In this document: piece after piece, positions 1 to 11,979 of the stretch
Layout: every line of letters begins with the position of its first letter
How positions within the stretch are numbered: position 1 is the first letter of the stretch
Position numbers and translations under genes: made by a program
DNA from: Raillietiella orientalis
Lineage: Eukaryota
Assembly (NCBI GenBank): GCA_036172245.1
Contig: JAYWIR010000015.1
Location: 2,480,001-2,544,000, forward strand
Direction: 5' to 3'
DNA length: 64,000 bases
The notes under the pieces: generated by a model
What the model was told of the DNA's origin: nothing
What the model saw: only the letters and a program-made list of their open reading frames with translations
Databases searched by the model: none

Positions 1-2285
1 ACGTATGTCAGTCTAAGAAATATTTCTGGATAACAATCCATCCACTGACGCAAGATGACGATTAATTTCAAGTTGTAAACACAATGTACATGTATACAAA
101 AAAAAAAACAAGCATCAAAAATTGTTCGCCCTGAATTGGTTAAGTAAAGAAAAACCTTTAAAGCGAATGTACCACGGGATACAAATTTTCTTTCGACAGT
201 TTGCGATTTAGATTCTTGAAGGAATAGACAAGTATCATTAGAGTACTAGTAAGCATAGCAAAATAATTATTTTCTAACGTAGCAATAAAACAAAACCAGA
301 TAAACTAATCTAAAATTCACATTTCCACCTGAAATTATTTCATTTGAAAATTAGGTTTTTCACGCCCACACTTTTAATATTACTTTCCGAGAATTTTTCA
401 AAAGTTTATGGAAATTAAAAGCTTTTTTATGGAAGTTAAAAAAGCTACTTCCCTCAGGAAAAGTTGAATTTTAATCTGAGGTGATATCTCAAATGAAATA
501 AGGAAAACAGCATAGCTGTTGGAGTCTGTTGTCATAACATTAATCAGAATTCTTATATGCTTTCAGGAGAACAAGACGGGAACTTTCATTCATACGAAAG
601 GTTCTTAAGCAACTATTTCACAATCAATGAGAGCAACTCAGAAACATAAATAAACACCCAAATTGCATTCATAAACGCTAAATACTAATCATAAAATACA
701 TACATCCCGTAGCAACTGATACAAAATATTGCGTGGTATTAGATCCAGTAAATACAAATAACACTTGAAAATGTGATTTGTATGATCGTTTTAATCTGCG
801 ATTCATTTTAATTTAAAGCTTCGAATACGAAAAAGAAACCATATTTCCTTTTACGATCTGTTTTTCATCATTTCAGGTAACTTTATTTTTGGTATGCGTT
901 AATTATATTGATACTTTTGTGTGATATAAGACTGGTGCGACTCGATGTCGATTTCAATGTTCATTAACTCTATCTAAAATAAGAACATGGCAATTTCCGC
1001 TGTTTTAATAATTAAAGGTGTGATCGCGTGAATTTCTCTAATTCTGACATAATAAACAAACAGGCATCAGAGAACTAGGCAATGCAGTATTTTTGAAGCA
1101 TTGCCGGGTATTAGAACTGAATAATTATAACGGACAAGTTCACTTCACAAGAAGAACCAAAACTTCATTCTACTGATTGCTTCTTAATTTTTTCCCTTTA
1201 ATACTTTATGTATTTATCAGACAGAATAAATTCAAGACTTTGTTAACCAAAATAAACGTATGATTGAGATCAGAAGGGGCAACACTTCAAGTACTTACCA
1301 AAATAATAGGTTACTCTCATTGATACGATAAGTAACAATCTGAATCCTATAGTGTAATTTAGATGTTTTCATTCTAGTTCTAATGCTATTATAGATTATA
1401 ATAAACCTTGGAAATATTGTTCAAGTATAAAAAATACATCTGGAGAGCATGAAATAGCATTCATGATTAATGTGTTTACAGAGGGAAAGGTAAGCAGACT
1501 GCATTGATTATCGCAGCATTCGGGTTTTAACATAAAAAAGGCTCTAATATTTAAAAGTTCCTGATGTAAAAATACTCGAGATTCTAGCGTTCATTCTGAA
1601 AACATATGATCATGGAGAAATCTATTGTCATCCTACGAAAAATCTCTAATCCACGGAAATGCAGTTTCATAAATTCCTGTCTACTCGAGTTCAGTATATC
1701 TTATGTCATATTTCTTCACTGACGAACGGAATTGTTGTACTCATGCCTACAATATTCCAGTTTACAAGACAGATTCTATTTCAATGAGGAAAAATGGAAA
1801 AATTGGTTTCAGGAAAAAATTATCCAAAATGATAGCCATTAACATTTGTATCCTAGGGATATTACCAGATGAATGATCTCCTAGAATCCTCATACGGCAA
1901 CTGACAGTGACCGAATGATGCAAAGTAAAAACACAGGACTTTGAGACATCATCTTTGCGCAGAAAATTGAGCTCATTACGAAAGATACATAGAATTCCTT
2001 AACATTGACAAATTGTGACAGCCTTGGTTCACTAAAATGGCAAAGGATGATGTCATTTGATGCGTCGTGGTTTTGCGCGTACCTGTTGGATAAAGAAGCA
2101 CGTGAAAGATATGAAAGTCACCGAAACCTTTTATCCTTAAGAGATGCAGTAATCTGCACACCTTGGAAGATATGCAAACAATGAGCCTTAAAAAATTGAT
2201 GTTCAATTCTATGCGGATTGTAGCACATCGGAAGCTTAAGTATAAGTATTTAAGTATCTAAGAGTTTACGTATCTAGAGGACGAG

Positions 2286-2349
2286 GATTCTTAGAAGATT
2301 CCTGGAACAATGATTCTTAGAAGATTCCTGGAACAATGATTCTTAGAAG
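2286..2349. repeat. Perfect tandem repeat, 26-bp unit x ~2.5 (GATTCTTAGAAGATTCCTGGAACAAT)
   Basis: Read directly: units at 2286-2311 and 2312-2337, partial unit at 2338-2349. Confidence 0.9.
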
Positions 2350-5300
2350 CGTGATTTTGCAAGGGTGAATACGATTAAATAAGGCAAATGTATACTGTGC
2401 GTTTATCCCTTTTTTACTTATATAACGACGTCAATTTCTTTTCGATTGTATTTCCTGATCACGTATCTCCAGTTCGTTTTTGTTTCTCCTTTTACAAAAT
2501 AATCTTGTGCGTAATAACTGGATGACAACATGAGGAGAAGAAAAAAAATCACATATTCCCAAATCATCTTAAAGAGACAACAATTCATCCCTGTTGAATC
2601 TTCACCTTCCTCTAGTACGGTAAGGTCTTTGGTGAGATTCATTTCAAATGGAACACAAGGAAAGTGGCTCGAAAAGGGCTGATGAAAAGTGTTCATTGCA
2701 TACTCATCTCTCATCGATGACTAGCAATAGGATGATAAGGAAACGAACAGATGACAAGTTCGGTCGGCTTGAGAGTTCACATTCTAAGAAAATCTTGAAA
2801 GGATTTCATAAAATAGCAGGAAGCTGCGGCAGCAGGAACCGGCAAGACATTAGCTGATGAGGGATCACGAGGCGGGGGATCCGGAGTCGCGGTCGAAACC
2901 TGAGGCTGAGGGTTCTGAGGCTTTACGAACCATGTGATGGGATTCTCCAGGATACGCGCTGGACCGAAGGAAGAAAAAGGAAATCCAACAGGGATGCGAA
3001 CAGGCGCGAGGAAGGTTTCGATCAAGGGAACGAAAGCTCCAAGATCACACGCAGCCTACAGGACTTCATTCGTTAGGGATCTGCAGTCACAGGCAAAAAT
3101 CGAAGGTAAGCCGTCGAAGGAAGAGCGCATTGCATGTGCTGGCAACCTTGACCTTGTTGGTTTCCCTTGAGGAGCGCGAAGATTCTTTTGCTCGAAACTC
3201 AAAGGACCGCGTAATTCGAAGAGCTATGGGAAAAAACACAAAAAAAAGAAAAAAAGGGGGGAGAGGTTGGGCAAGTACCTGGATGCTGTGGAGTTACCCA
3301 TAGCTGCCGATTTTCCCAAGCCAGATCTGAAACATGCACGTAACCGAGCAGCTGCCGGTGGCTCCGGATGAAGCAACTCCGATTAGCGCCTCCTTCTGGC
3401 AAGTCCTTCCCTGTGCTGCGGCAGCGCCCCGCGGTGCTCGGTAGACGCCCTCGATGCTCTGGGGGAAATCGTCCTACCCTGTCGAAGACTCCTCCTATAC
3501 CGGAGACGGCGGCTGGAAAGCACCTCGCCGCTCGCACGGACCCCCGGAACGCGGGGTCGGCTCGTATGACGAAACCCTTGAGCAAGCGCTGTGAGTCTCC
3601 TCGTGTCTCCTGGGGCGCACCCGCAACGAGGAACCCGCAGGAACAATCCCTGTAGATGTGTCTCCGCCCTTCTACTGTTTCCAAGATCCCGCCGGCACCC
3701 ACTTCCACCTCCACCCTTTCTCCTGCACTATTCTGGAGTCCACGAAAGCCTCCAGCGCCATCATCGTCATGGTCCTGCGGTCGCCAGGGAAGGAATGCAA
3801 GGGAGGGAAGCTGCTCCCGGTTTTCGGAGTGGGTATGCGCAGGAGCGCAATCGGGCAGCACGAGCGCGGCGGAAGCGATCAGAGGGACCCAGGCAGATCC
3901 CGGACGATCGGCTACTGCGGCAATGGGGATCTCGCGGTGAGAGGGAAGGATGCCCTGGAGACAGAGAACCGCAACGTGGGGTGGGCGGGTGAGGAGAGTC
4001 TTCTTTCCCTTCTTGCCCTCCTCCTTCCGCCGCTCTCTTGAGCCCCTCCCGATCTGATGGCGACAGACGATTGCCGGAGGAGGCGACAATGCCGCTCCTC
4101 GGAGCCCATTCAACCGAAACAGCCCATTTTTGATTGCCCTTCCCCTTCTCCCCCCCGTCAGCCGATCCACTGAATGTACGGAAGTGTTGGGGAGGAGGAG
4201 GGGACGCGTATTCCTGACTACTTTCAGCAGGCCGTGAGCACCTGCGAGGCCGCGGGCTCTGGGTGGCTCCTTCCTCCTCTCCCGACTGTACCTTTCGGCC
4301 GTTCGGCAACAGCACGCACGCAGAGGGAGTTCAGGGAGCGCTCGCGGAAGACGGGACGCTGCCCGCTTGCGTGACGAGGACGTCCCTCTGGCCTGGACGC
4401 GCTGCTCTCTTGCCTTCTTTCCTCCCCCCTCCCCCATCAAGAAGAAAGGAAGGTCCCATAGCTCAGCAAAGCAAACTTTCGCGCGCGCGTGGCCATGGAT
4501 ACTTCGCCTCCCCGTCACGCTCCGTCCTCCCTCCTCATCACCCGATGCGATGCGCTCGCTTGCGTGCGTGCAAGCGAGCTGGAAGCACGGGGCGCGCCGA
4601 GCCTGCCTCTGGTGTCGTCCGGTGGATCCGCCGGACCACTCCCCTTTCTCTCCCTTCCCCGCTCCCTGCTTGCCTGGAAAGAACCAGGCGGTAACGGGAT
4701 CGATCCACGGGACCCCCGCGCAAAGACGAGAGTCAGGGATGAGGCGGAGGCGTGGGCGCTTCCTGGGAACGCTGTGCGCGCACCCGTCATGCTTCCCGTT
4801 CCCGCCTCCACGAGCGCTTCGTCAGCGTTGCTCCCGACAATTTCCCGTCAGAGGTGGGGGAGGAGGGGAGCCTCTGAAACTGTGTGGGTTTGAAAGAGGA
4901 GAGGAGATGGATGGACGAGAAGAGGCGAAACGGACCTCCCCTCCTTCTTCCCCCCCCCCTCCCTTGTTCTCTGTCTCTTCCACGAAATCCTAATGCCACC
5001 AGGAAATCTGGACCAGCCTTTCTTCTCTTGGGATGACTGCCGAAGACGAACAAGAGAGAGAGGAGTGCGCCAGAAGTGGGACGAAGAGATGTCAGAGAGG
5101 GGGGTGACGACCAGCTCCCCCCTCCAAGGCACGACGAGATCCTTCACCGTTGGTTTCCCTTCTCCGGCAGAGCACGAAAGCGCGCGCAGAAGGAACCTCC
5201 CCCCCCTGCCGAACGGAGGAGCAGCAGGAATGGAGGCGACTGAACGGGGCTGTGTAAAGAGGGGAAGGGGGGACTTTCAGAACCTCGAGAGGGTGGGGTG

Positions 5301-6322
5301 GGGAAAGTCGAAGCTGACCCGCGCTGGTTTCTGCACTGGACATCTTTCTTCCAGAACGGAGCAGGAAAGCTCCATCCCTGCCCCCTTCCCCTCGCAGAGC
5401 GGGGACTGCTGCGCTGCCCCCTCCGAAGACGAAGAAGGTCCCTTTGCTGTCCCTGGAAACCGCTACGCTTGGCATCGGGAACTCGCAGTGCTTCCCTCCG
5501 CCGCCGGGCAGGCGGGTGGGCGAAAACCGGCGACGCGCACCCGGGAGCCCCTCCGAGCTCAGAACCCTTGGAAAAGTGGCAGAAGGGGCGTTTCTCACCA
5601 CCCGAGATCGTGGCGGAGCGCGAGCGGGAACACCAGGGCTGGAGCGGACGGGGCACGGGGAGGGAGCCCTCAGGTCCCAAGTTCACCTCCGTGAATCCAA
5701 GAACTTTCCAGCAGAGCGATGCCTGCCTCCCAATAGTTCAAACAAGGCGAGACACCGTCCCAGTTGCCAAGTCCATCTCTCGAACGTCACCTTGTTGCTC
5801 GCCCTCGGGCAGTGTGTAAAGGAAGAACAGAATGGGTCCACCTATCGGCATTTGAAGGTACTCCGAAGGCAGGGAGCTCAACAGGCTTGTAGAAGTGATT
5901 TCCCACGCATTCCTCTATCCATTTCCTCTGTGCACGTGTTCCCTGTGCATTTATTTCTTCTCTTTTCCTTGCATTCCGATGGCTACAGCAAACGATTGCA
6001 GCAGTTTTCCACAGTGAGACTATCCAGACCAAGGAGTCTGTGATCTTTAATGCTTTTTGTACCCACTACCATGCATTTCGCAATTTCACATTGGTCCCTG
6101 TGTGCCCTCCACGGATCTATTTTTCTTGAAAATAGTCTGCAGTGGTAACTCCGGATAGCCTCGCATGCAGTCGGCGGCATAGCAAGCAGACTTCGACCTC
6201 TGAAGGGTAATGGTGAGGAAGAAATAGGTTGAAGAAATAAATCGACTCTCGTCTTCTCCCTGTATGCGACAGCACTTTCGCACTGACCTTCGTAATGAAC
6301 TCATCAGATCAAGCTTTTCTGA

Positions 6323-6328
6323 TTTATT
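6323..6328 (-). terminator. Candidate polyadenylation signal (AATAAA) for the M6-like gene
   Basis: Plus-strand TTTATT about 120 nt beyond the stop codon; position only. Confidence 0.3.
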
Positions 6329-6445
6329 CAGAAGGGTGAAGGAATGGTTGCTCCCTCCCTTTACAGACATCAAGAGAGCTTTGGCTGACAGTCGAGAGTG
6401 GCCGACCGCATCGGGACACCTGAACACGTGGAGAGATCCCCTTGG

Positions 6446-9400
6446 CTACTCGGTCTGGATGGTCAACAGTGCCTTTCTCGCTTTCATGTACGAGCGCTTC
6501 TTTTCATTCGTCAGCTCTCTGTACTGATACGTCAGCTTGGCAAGAAAGTAGGTCTGAATAGGACGTTGCATCGGGAACAGATAACAAGTACATTTACCAG
6601 ACACATGTTGATTACGATATTGCTTGAGCAGCATGGCCAGAGGAATCCGGAAATGCTCTTCACCTCATTGCAAAAGTTTTTCCGTCTGTCATCACAAAGA
6701 ACGAGATAACTGTCAGGAATAGAAGAGTTTCCAAGAAGAAAATCTACGAACGGCAGAAATTAATCGTAAATGATGTCACAAATAATACCCAGTTTTGTAA
6801 GATCAACACAGTGATCTTTGGACTGCTGACAGAGGTTAGGGAAGAGCCACGACAACATTAAAAAGGCAGCTATAGATATGAGAATGATACTCCATATTAC
6901 CATGGCTAAGTAGGCTGTACCTATGCACTGACAAGAAATGAAAATCGGCTTCAGTAGGGCAAAGTAAAAAAAAGATAATATTTCTTGTCATATATACAAT
7001 ATAGCAGCTGTTGCATACAAGAAAATAGAGACAGAGGACGTTGGACGTTGCGTTCAGGTGCTTTGGTGATACATTAATCCAATCAGTTCATTATAATGAA
7101 TGACACGGAGTTTCATAAGTGCGCATAGAATCGAAAGTACTTTCCCGCAAACAAACAAAAAATAATGTTGAGTTTAAGTAGCTCTTTTGTTCCGCAAGAT
7201 TCAAAATATATTTTCTCAGATGTTCAAAATCAAAGAGCAATGCAAGTGATGACTCGTGCTGGTAGCTCAACCAGTTTCCATTGCCCGAACTCTGGCGAGC
7301 GTAGTGCCATGCTCATGTTTTTTTAAAACCCCGTTTGCAAGTAACATTGCTGCTACCTTCTTTCACGTTCTTGGTGAACACACCTAAGCAAGCAAACAGA
7401 CTCATCTTCTAAGGGCAAGAAGTCGGAAATTCATTTTCACTGCAAGACGTTCCGTTTTCCTTGTCTTCCTGTTGCTATACAGCTTCAAGGCATCCCATCA
7501 TCCTAATTTAAATGTCTTGCGTTTCACTGAGCAAACCAAAAAAAAACACGAATTTTCCAAAGCACAAATATGGATAGAATGCTTCCTGGCACGAAAATGC
7601 TTTTCCGTGACACGTGGACTGTAATGAAAAACAAGCATCTCTAGAATCTTTTCATCCATTGAGATTCTTTCACCTTCCTTGTGTGATACTTTCCATTAAC
7701 GAAACGAAAACATAAACATGCTCCATCACGAAAAATGCATAAATTGCACAAGAAGCAAAGAACATGGAAGCAGCTTAATCAATTGATGCAGAGTGGCACC
7801 ACTGCAGCAGGAGGATATGAGCATCGGACTTCTAAAAATACTGATCCCACAAGGACAATTTGAATCCCTGCGCGTTCCAGGAATAACGCAAATTGTCATT
7901 CAATTCTGCCTTTTGCGAAATCGTGGCAGGAACGTGGTGTTTCGACCTTCGGGGACAATCAAAGAGTCCATGGGTCTCCTGAATTGGCCTTTCAACGTTA
8001 CCGATTTGCCTTTTGGCGGATTGATCTTCCAAACTTCGGAAACACTGTTATGACAAGAGTAGCAATCTAGTGAAAACGGAGCAGAACGTAGAATTGTAGG
8101 ATTTTTTTGAAATCCTGAAACAGAATGGAACAGCTTCTCAAGCAGGAACCATTTGGAATTCTTTTATCTCTCTAAAAAGGATGGCAAAATGACGCCCTAG
8201 AGCAGCCTGAATTGAGCGGACAAAAAAAAAAAAAAAAAAAACATGCCGCCGCCACTCGGGTCTATTGAAACGTCGGAATCACATGGAGAAAAATACGCTT
8301 TGCATAATGACTCGAAGTAGAGTGCAGCTATAAGCAGCAGAGCTCAAAGTCTACATCACCTTACATCTCTGCAACGGTTTTGTATAACGGCGCAATTTTG
8401 CATAATGCATAGCAGTGTTGGCGATATTTCACAGACACGCCCTTTTGTTTATGAATCACCTAAGTAAATAGATTTAGCCAATCATCCGAAACAAGTGTGA
8501 GAAGTAAAGATTAGGCTCTTGAGTACCAAGAAATTGGAACTACAAATAAAGAGATAACATGGGATGGCACCGTTTATTTTTATGCGGCTCTCCGCTCAGC
8601 ATGTGGGTTCATGCAGTTTTTTTGAGGTGCATCCGGTGAAATTCCCAGTGCTTTGAAATCATCTGACCAGAGTTGTTTCTGAAATATCCTTATCGGACGG
8701 ATCACAGATCCGATCGACCTTGATGGAGGAAGAATCCAGTATCGAGAATTTCGAGCTCTTCGCTTACGTTCTTTTTTTCTTCATCATCTTTTCTCTCATT
8801 TCCATTTGAGAATATACCCAAGCAAATCGAAACAGCGGGTTCTTCCGAAAGTCTTGATTCTGTCTGAACCTGCAGCCATGTTCAGTGTTCGAAAAGAATG
8901 AAACTCGGTAATTGTAAGCTGCCTTGATATTTTTTTTTTTTTTGAATTATAATCCACTTGGAAAACGAATTGAGCTCAAATTAAACGGATTAAATGAGTT
9001 AAAATCTTTATAGATGGTTGCAACTCTGTCAATAAGTGACGAACGCTTGCATAATCAATGCATAATGCAGAACCCAACTCGTGCATCACAAACCCTGCAG
9101 GCACCAGCACACAGTAATGTGGTCAATCAGCAGGAGGATCGATAGAGTGGACAAACAGTGAATAATGATAGGGAAGAGTGTGTTTCAATTGGAAAACCAC
9201 TGTGGGTCTTCAACAGGCAAATCATGAAAGTACTTCGACGTATAATTCAAGATTGGTGGAAGTCCATCAATATGCGTCTTCATAACTAAATCCCAAAGAA
9301 CGTCATTTTGTTTGCAGGGATATTTGGGACTTGAAATTTACAATGGCTACCTGGGAATTAGACAGATGTCCTGAAGGAACAGAGAGAAGGAAATCTGCTT

Positions 9401-11979
9401 GGAAGATTGCTGTTTAAAGAAGTGGAAGATGAAAATTAATTTATTCATAAATCATCAACGTTCCCTTTATAACCTATAACAATCTGCTAAAGGAACACTG
9501 AAAGTACACTTTAAAAAAAATGAACCAGGGAAAGCGACTCATTATTTCCGAACTACTGGGAGAGAAATTTCGCACTGTTAACTCAGTTGGAACTGACAAA
9601 GTTTACGAAGATCTGCGAGAGACCAGGTGTTTTTCTATATACACAGCGCAGGTACATCAGTCTGTCGGATATTCCCAAACTCTCATGTTCTGGGACAAAT
9701 CAGCTGTTTGACCGAAGTACTTTATTTGCTTCCTGTGGAGAATTCTTGAAGCCATGACCCTGGAGATGGTTCCACAGGATTTTCTCAGCCCAAGACGCGA
9801 CTTCAAGAAAAAAAACTATCTCTTTAAGCTCCTATGTATTGATTCAGGATATCTGAACTCCTAGAGCCCTCTCCCTAAGAAGGAAAGTTCGCATCTCAAT
9901 CCAGAGCTAGTTGACTGGAGCACGATAAGAAGAAGGTTCCTCGTCAACTTGCCGTGGAAGTTCCTCGATGCCGCGAACCCAAACCGTTCCCTTCGGACTA
10001 TCCTGATGTCTTTTCCATCAGCGAACTTGAAACATTCCCGCTTCTATTCACCCGCTCACTTCTGCTGAGCCGAAATTACTGTCCTTCTTCAGTGCATCAG
10101 GATTCCTCTCTCTCTCTCTCCCTAGAATCCCATCGACTGACTGACTCCAGTCGCACCTCCAGTGATCCTTCACCGAGGTGATTCCCGAAGAATGACCTAG
10201 TCAGCACTGTATTCTCAAAAGAACTTTTCCTCTGGACTGAAGCCTCCCCTTTGCTCGCGTGATTCTGGCACCCAGTCTCCAGCCATAGTTTTTGCGCACA
10301 AGCCGAGCCAATACCGTGTCGTCCCTCTGCCCTGCATCTTCAAAGGTTCCCTGTCCCCCCCCCCCCCCATCTTGTCTTATGCTGGTCATGCGCGTAAAAC
10401 TCATAGATGATGGGATGGATCGTCCACATGAATCCTGCAGGATAGCGCACATTCCCTCTCAATTCGACATCCCGATTCTCGGGAAAGCACTCATACGTGA
10501 AGGGAATGTGAGGGAACAGGATCGATGCGTCCGATCGAGGTGCTCCGATCCTGTTGCCTTGCCATCAGAATCTTCTCGCGGAAATTCTAAGGAGGAGACG
10601 GGGAATAGCTTGGCTCTCAGGTACCCCTCTCTTGTTCCCATCTCATTTCGACTGCGGACCCGGAGAGGGCAAACAGGGCACCAGCACTTTACCGGGAGAG
10701 AGCCTGCCGACTCCACTATGACGGAGAAGCTGCGTTTGAGGAATCGAAGGAACCCTGATGGCGCACAGGTGCCCGGAGGTTTCTGGCGCAGGATCGAGAG
10801 GCTCAAGGAAAACGTCTAGCGGTGCTATGGAAACGACGCGTAAACACATGGTTTCCCGTCTTCCCGTAAGAGACGAGCATTGACGGTGCAACGGCGCACC
10901 GAAGGCTTCCGCCCGTCGGAGGGGTGAGAGCGCGACGGCCTGCGTGCGGAGGTGCTGCGCTCCACGCTCGCGCACTTACGATGACGACGGCCATCTTGCT
11001 GCGCAGCCAGGCGAACCCGCTTTTCGGCCCGAAGACACGGTCGAACCGGCTCGAGCTTCGCAAGGCATCCGTCTTCCTGATCGCCAGGCACAGGATCAGT
11101 GTGAACACGAGCGTCAGCACCACCAGCAGCGTTGCCATGGCCACGAGCCTCGATTGCAGGCCATAGATCCTTGACGGGAGACAAAGAGAGGGGCGTGGGA
11201 TTGGAGCAGGCGAAGTGGGGGTGGCTGGGTTTCCGTCAACTACGACGACGCAGGCAACGAAGACGCGGCGCTCCCTCCATACGCGAGCTCGCGCGCCAGC
11301 GGCCGTGCGTCCCTACGGGAAGCTCGGCGCTTCCTGCAGGATGCTGCCCCCCTCCCCCGCGTTTCTCAGGCAGCGGCTATCGATCTGCATCGTCACTACA
11401 TCTTGGGCCAACAATGCAGGGCGGAGACACGAGCGTAAAGATTGAAGGGGAAGAGGAGGTGGCGACATGAATCCGGAATTCGGGAAGGATCGGCAAAACG
11501 CGGCTCCGGAGCCAGCATGCGAGCAGGGATCCAGGAGTGGCCGGTGATCCGCCCGGTCTTTCCGCTTGGCGCGTGGGAGGCAGCAAACACGCATGTGCAG
11601 TCGCGCCTCTCCCTTCCGCCGGAAACGCGTCGTCGTCGTCGTTGCTGTCACCCGTGCGCGCGCGCACGTACCAGGGCAGGTCCGTGTAGAAGAACTCGTT
11701 GGTGATCTGGATCCAGGAGGCGGAGGCCCTGTAGGAGTACACGGAGAACAGCACGGCTCCCAGGACGTTGGCCAGCGCCAAGAGCACCACGTCGCAGTGT
11801 CGCAGGAACCCCCTCTGGAGTCCGTTCCCTCCTTGGGCTGAAGGTGCGCCGCCGATGGCTCGCCGGTGTCGCCGGGGCGGCCCGCCGCCTCCCGCCTCAC
11901 CTGAGCTGTCGCCGCAGACGCCACTCCCGTCTTGCCTCTCGAGGAAGTCGAAGCTCCCGCTTTCCGTCCACTGACCCAT
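6446..11979 (-). CDS. Divergent M6 / myelin proteolipid (PLP/DM20/GPM6) family four-pass membrane protein, ~275 aa
   Basis: Exons (minus) 11979-11901, 11837-11672, 11169-10980, 6927-6789, 6743-6598, 6553-6446. All introns are GT-AG and phases are consistent (828 nt including TAG). Spliced protein ...VVLLALANVLGAVLFSVYSYRASASWIQITNEFFYTDLPWIYGLQSRLVAMATLLVVLTLVFTLILCLA...CIGTAYLAMVIWSIILISIAAFLMLSWLFPNLCQQSKDHCVDLTKLDFLLGNSSIPDSYLVLCDDRRKNFCNEV...INMCLTYFLAKLTYQY... has 4 hydrophobic segments. It also has the four-Cys second extracellular loop with a CVDL motif, and aligns by eye with insect M6 as I recall it. Start codon uncertain: the frame is open upstream. Confidence 0.78.

Noticed and set aside
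2286..2349. CRISPR-like repeat
   Set aside because: Head-to-tail units with no spacers in a eukaryotic context; an ordinary minisatellite.
3199..4518. 439-aa minus-strand ORF
   Set aside because: Non-ATG start, Arg/Gly/Pro-rich composition typical of GC-rich non-coding DNA, overlapped by ORFs in other frames, no domain recognised.
7885..8050. CUB-domain-like peptide (WKINPPKGKSVTLK..DSLIVPEG) in the M6 intron, minus strand
   Set aside because: No conserved cysteines, wrong spacing, no convincing splice sites; probably chance.
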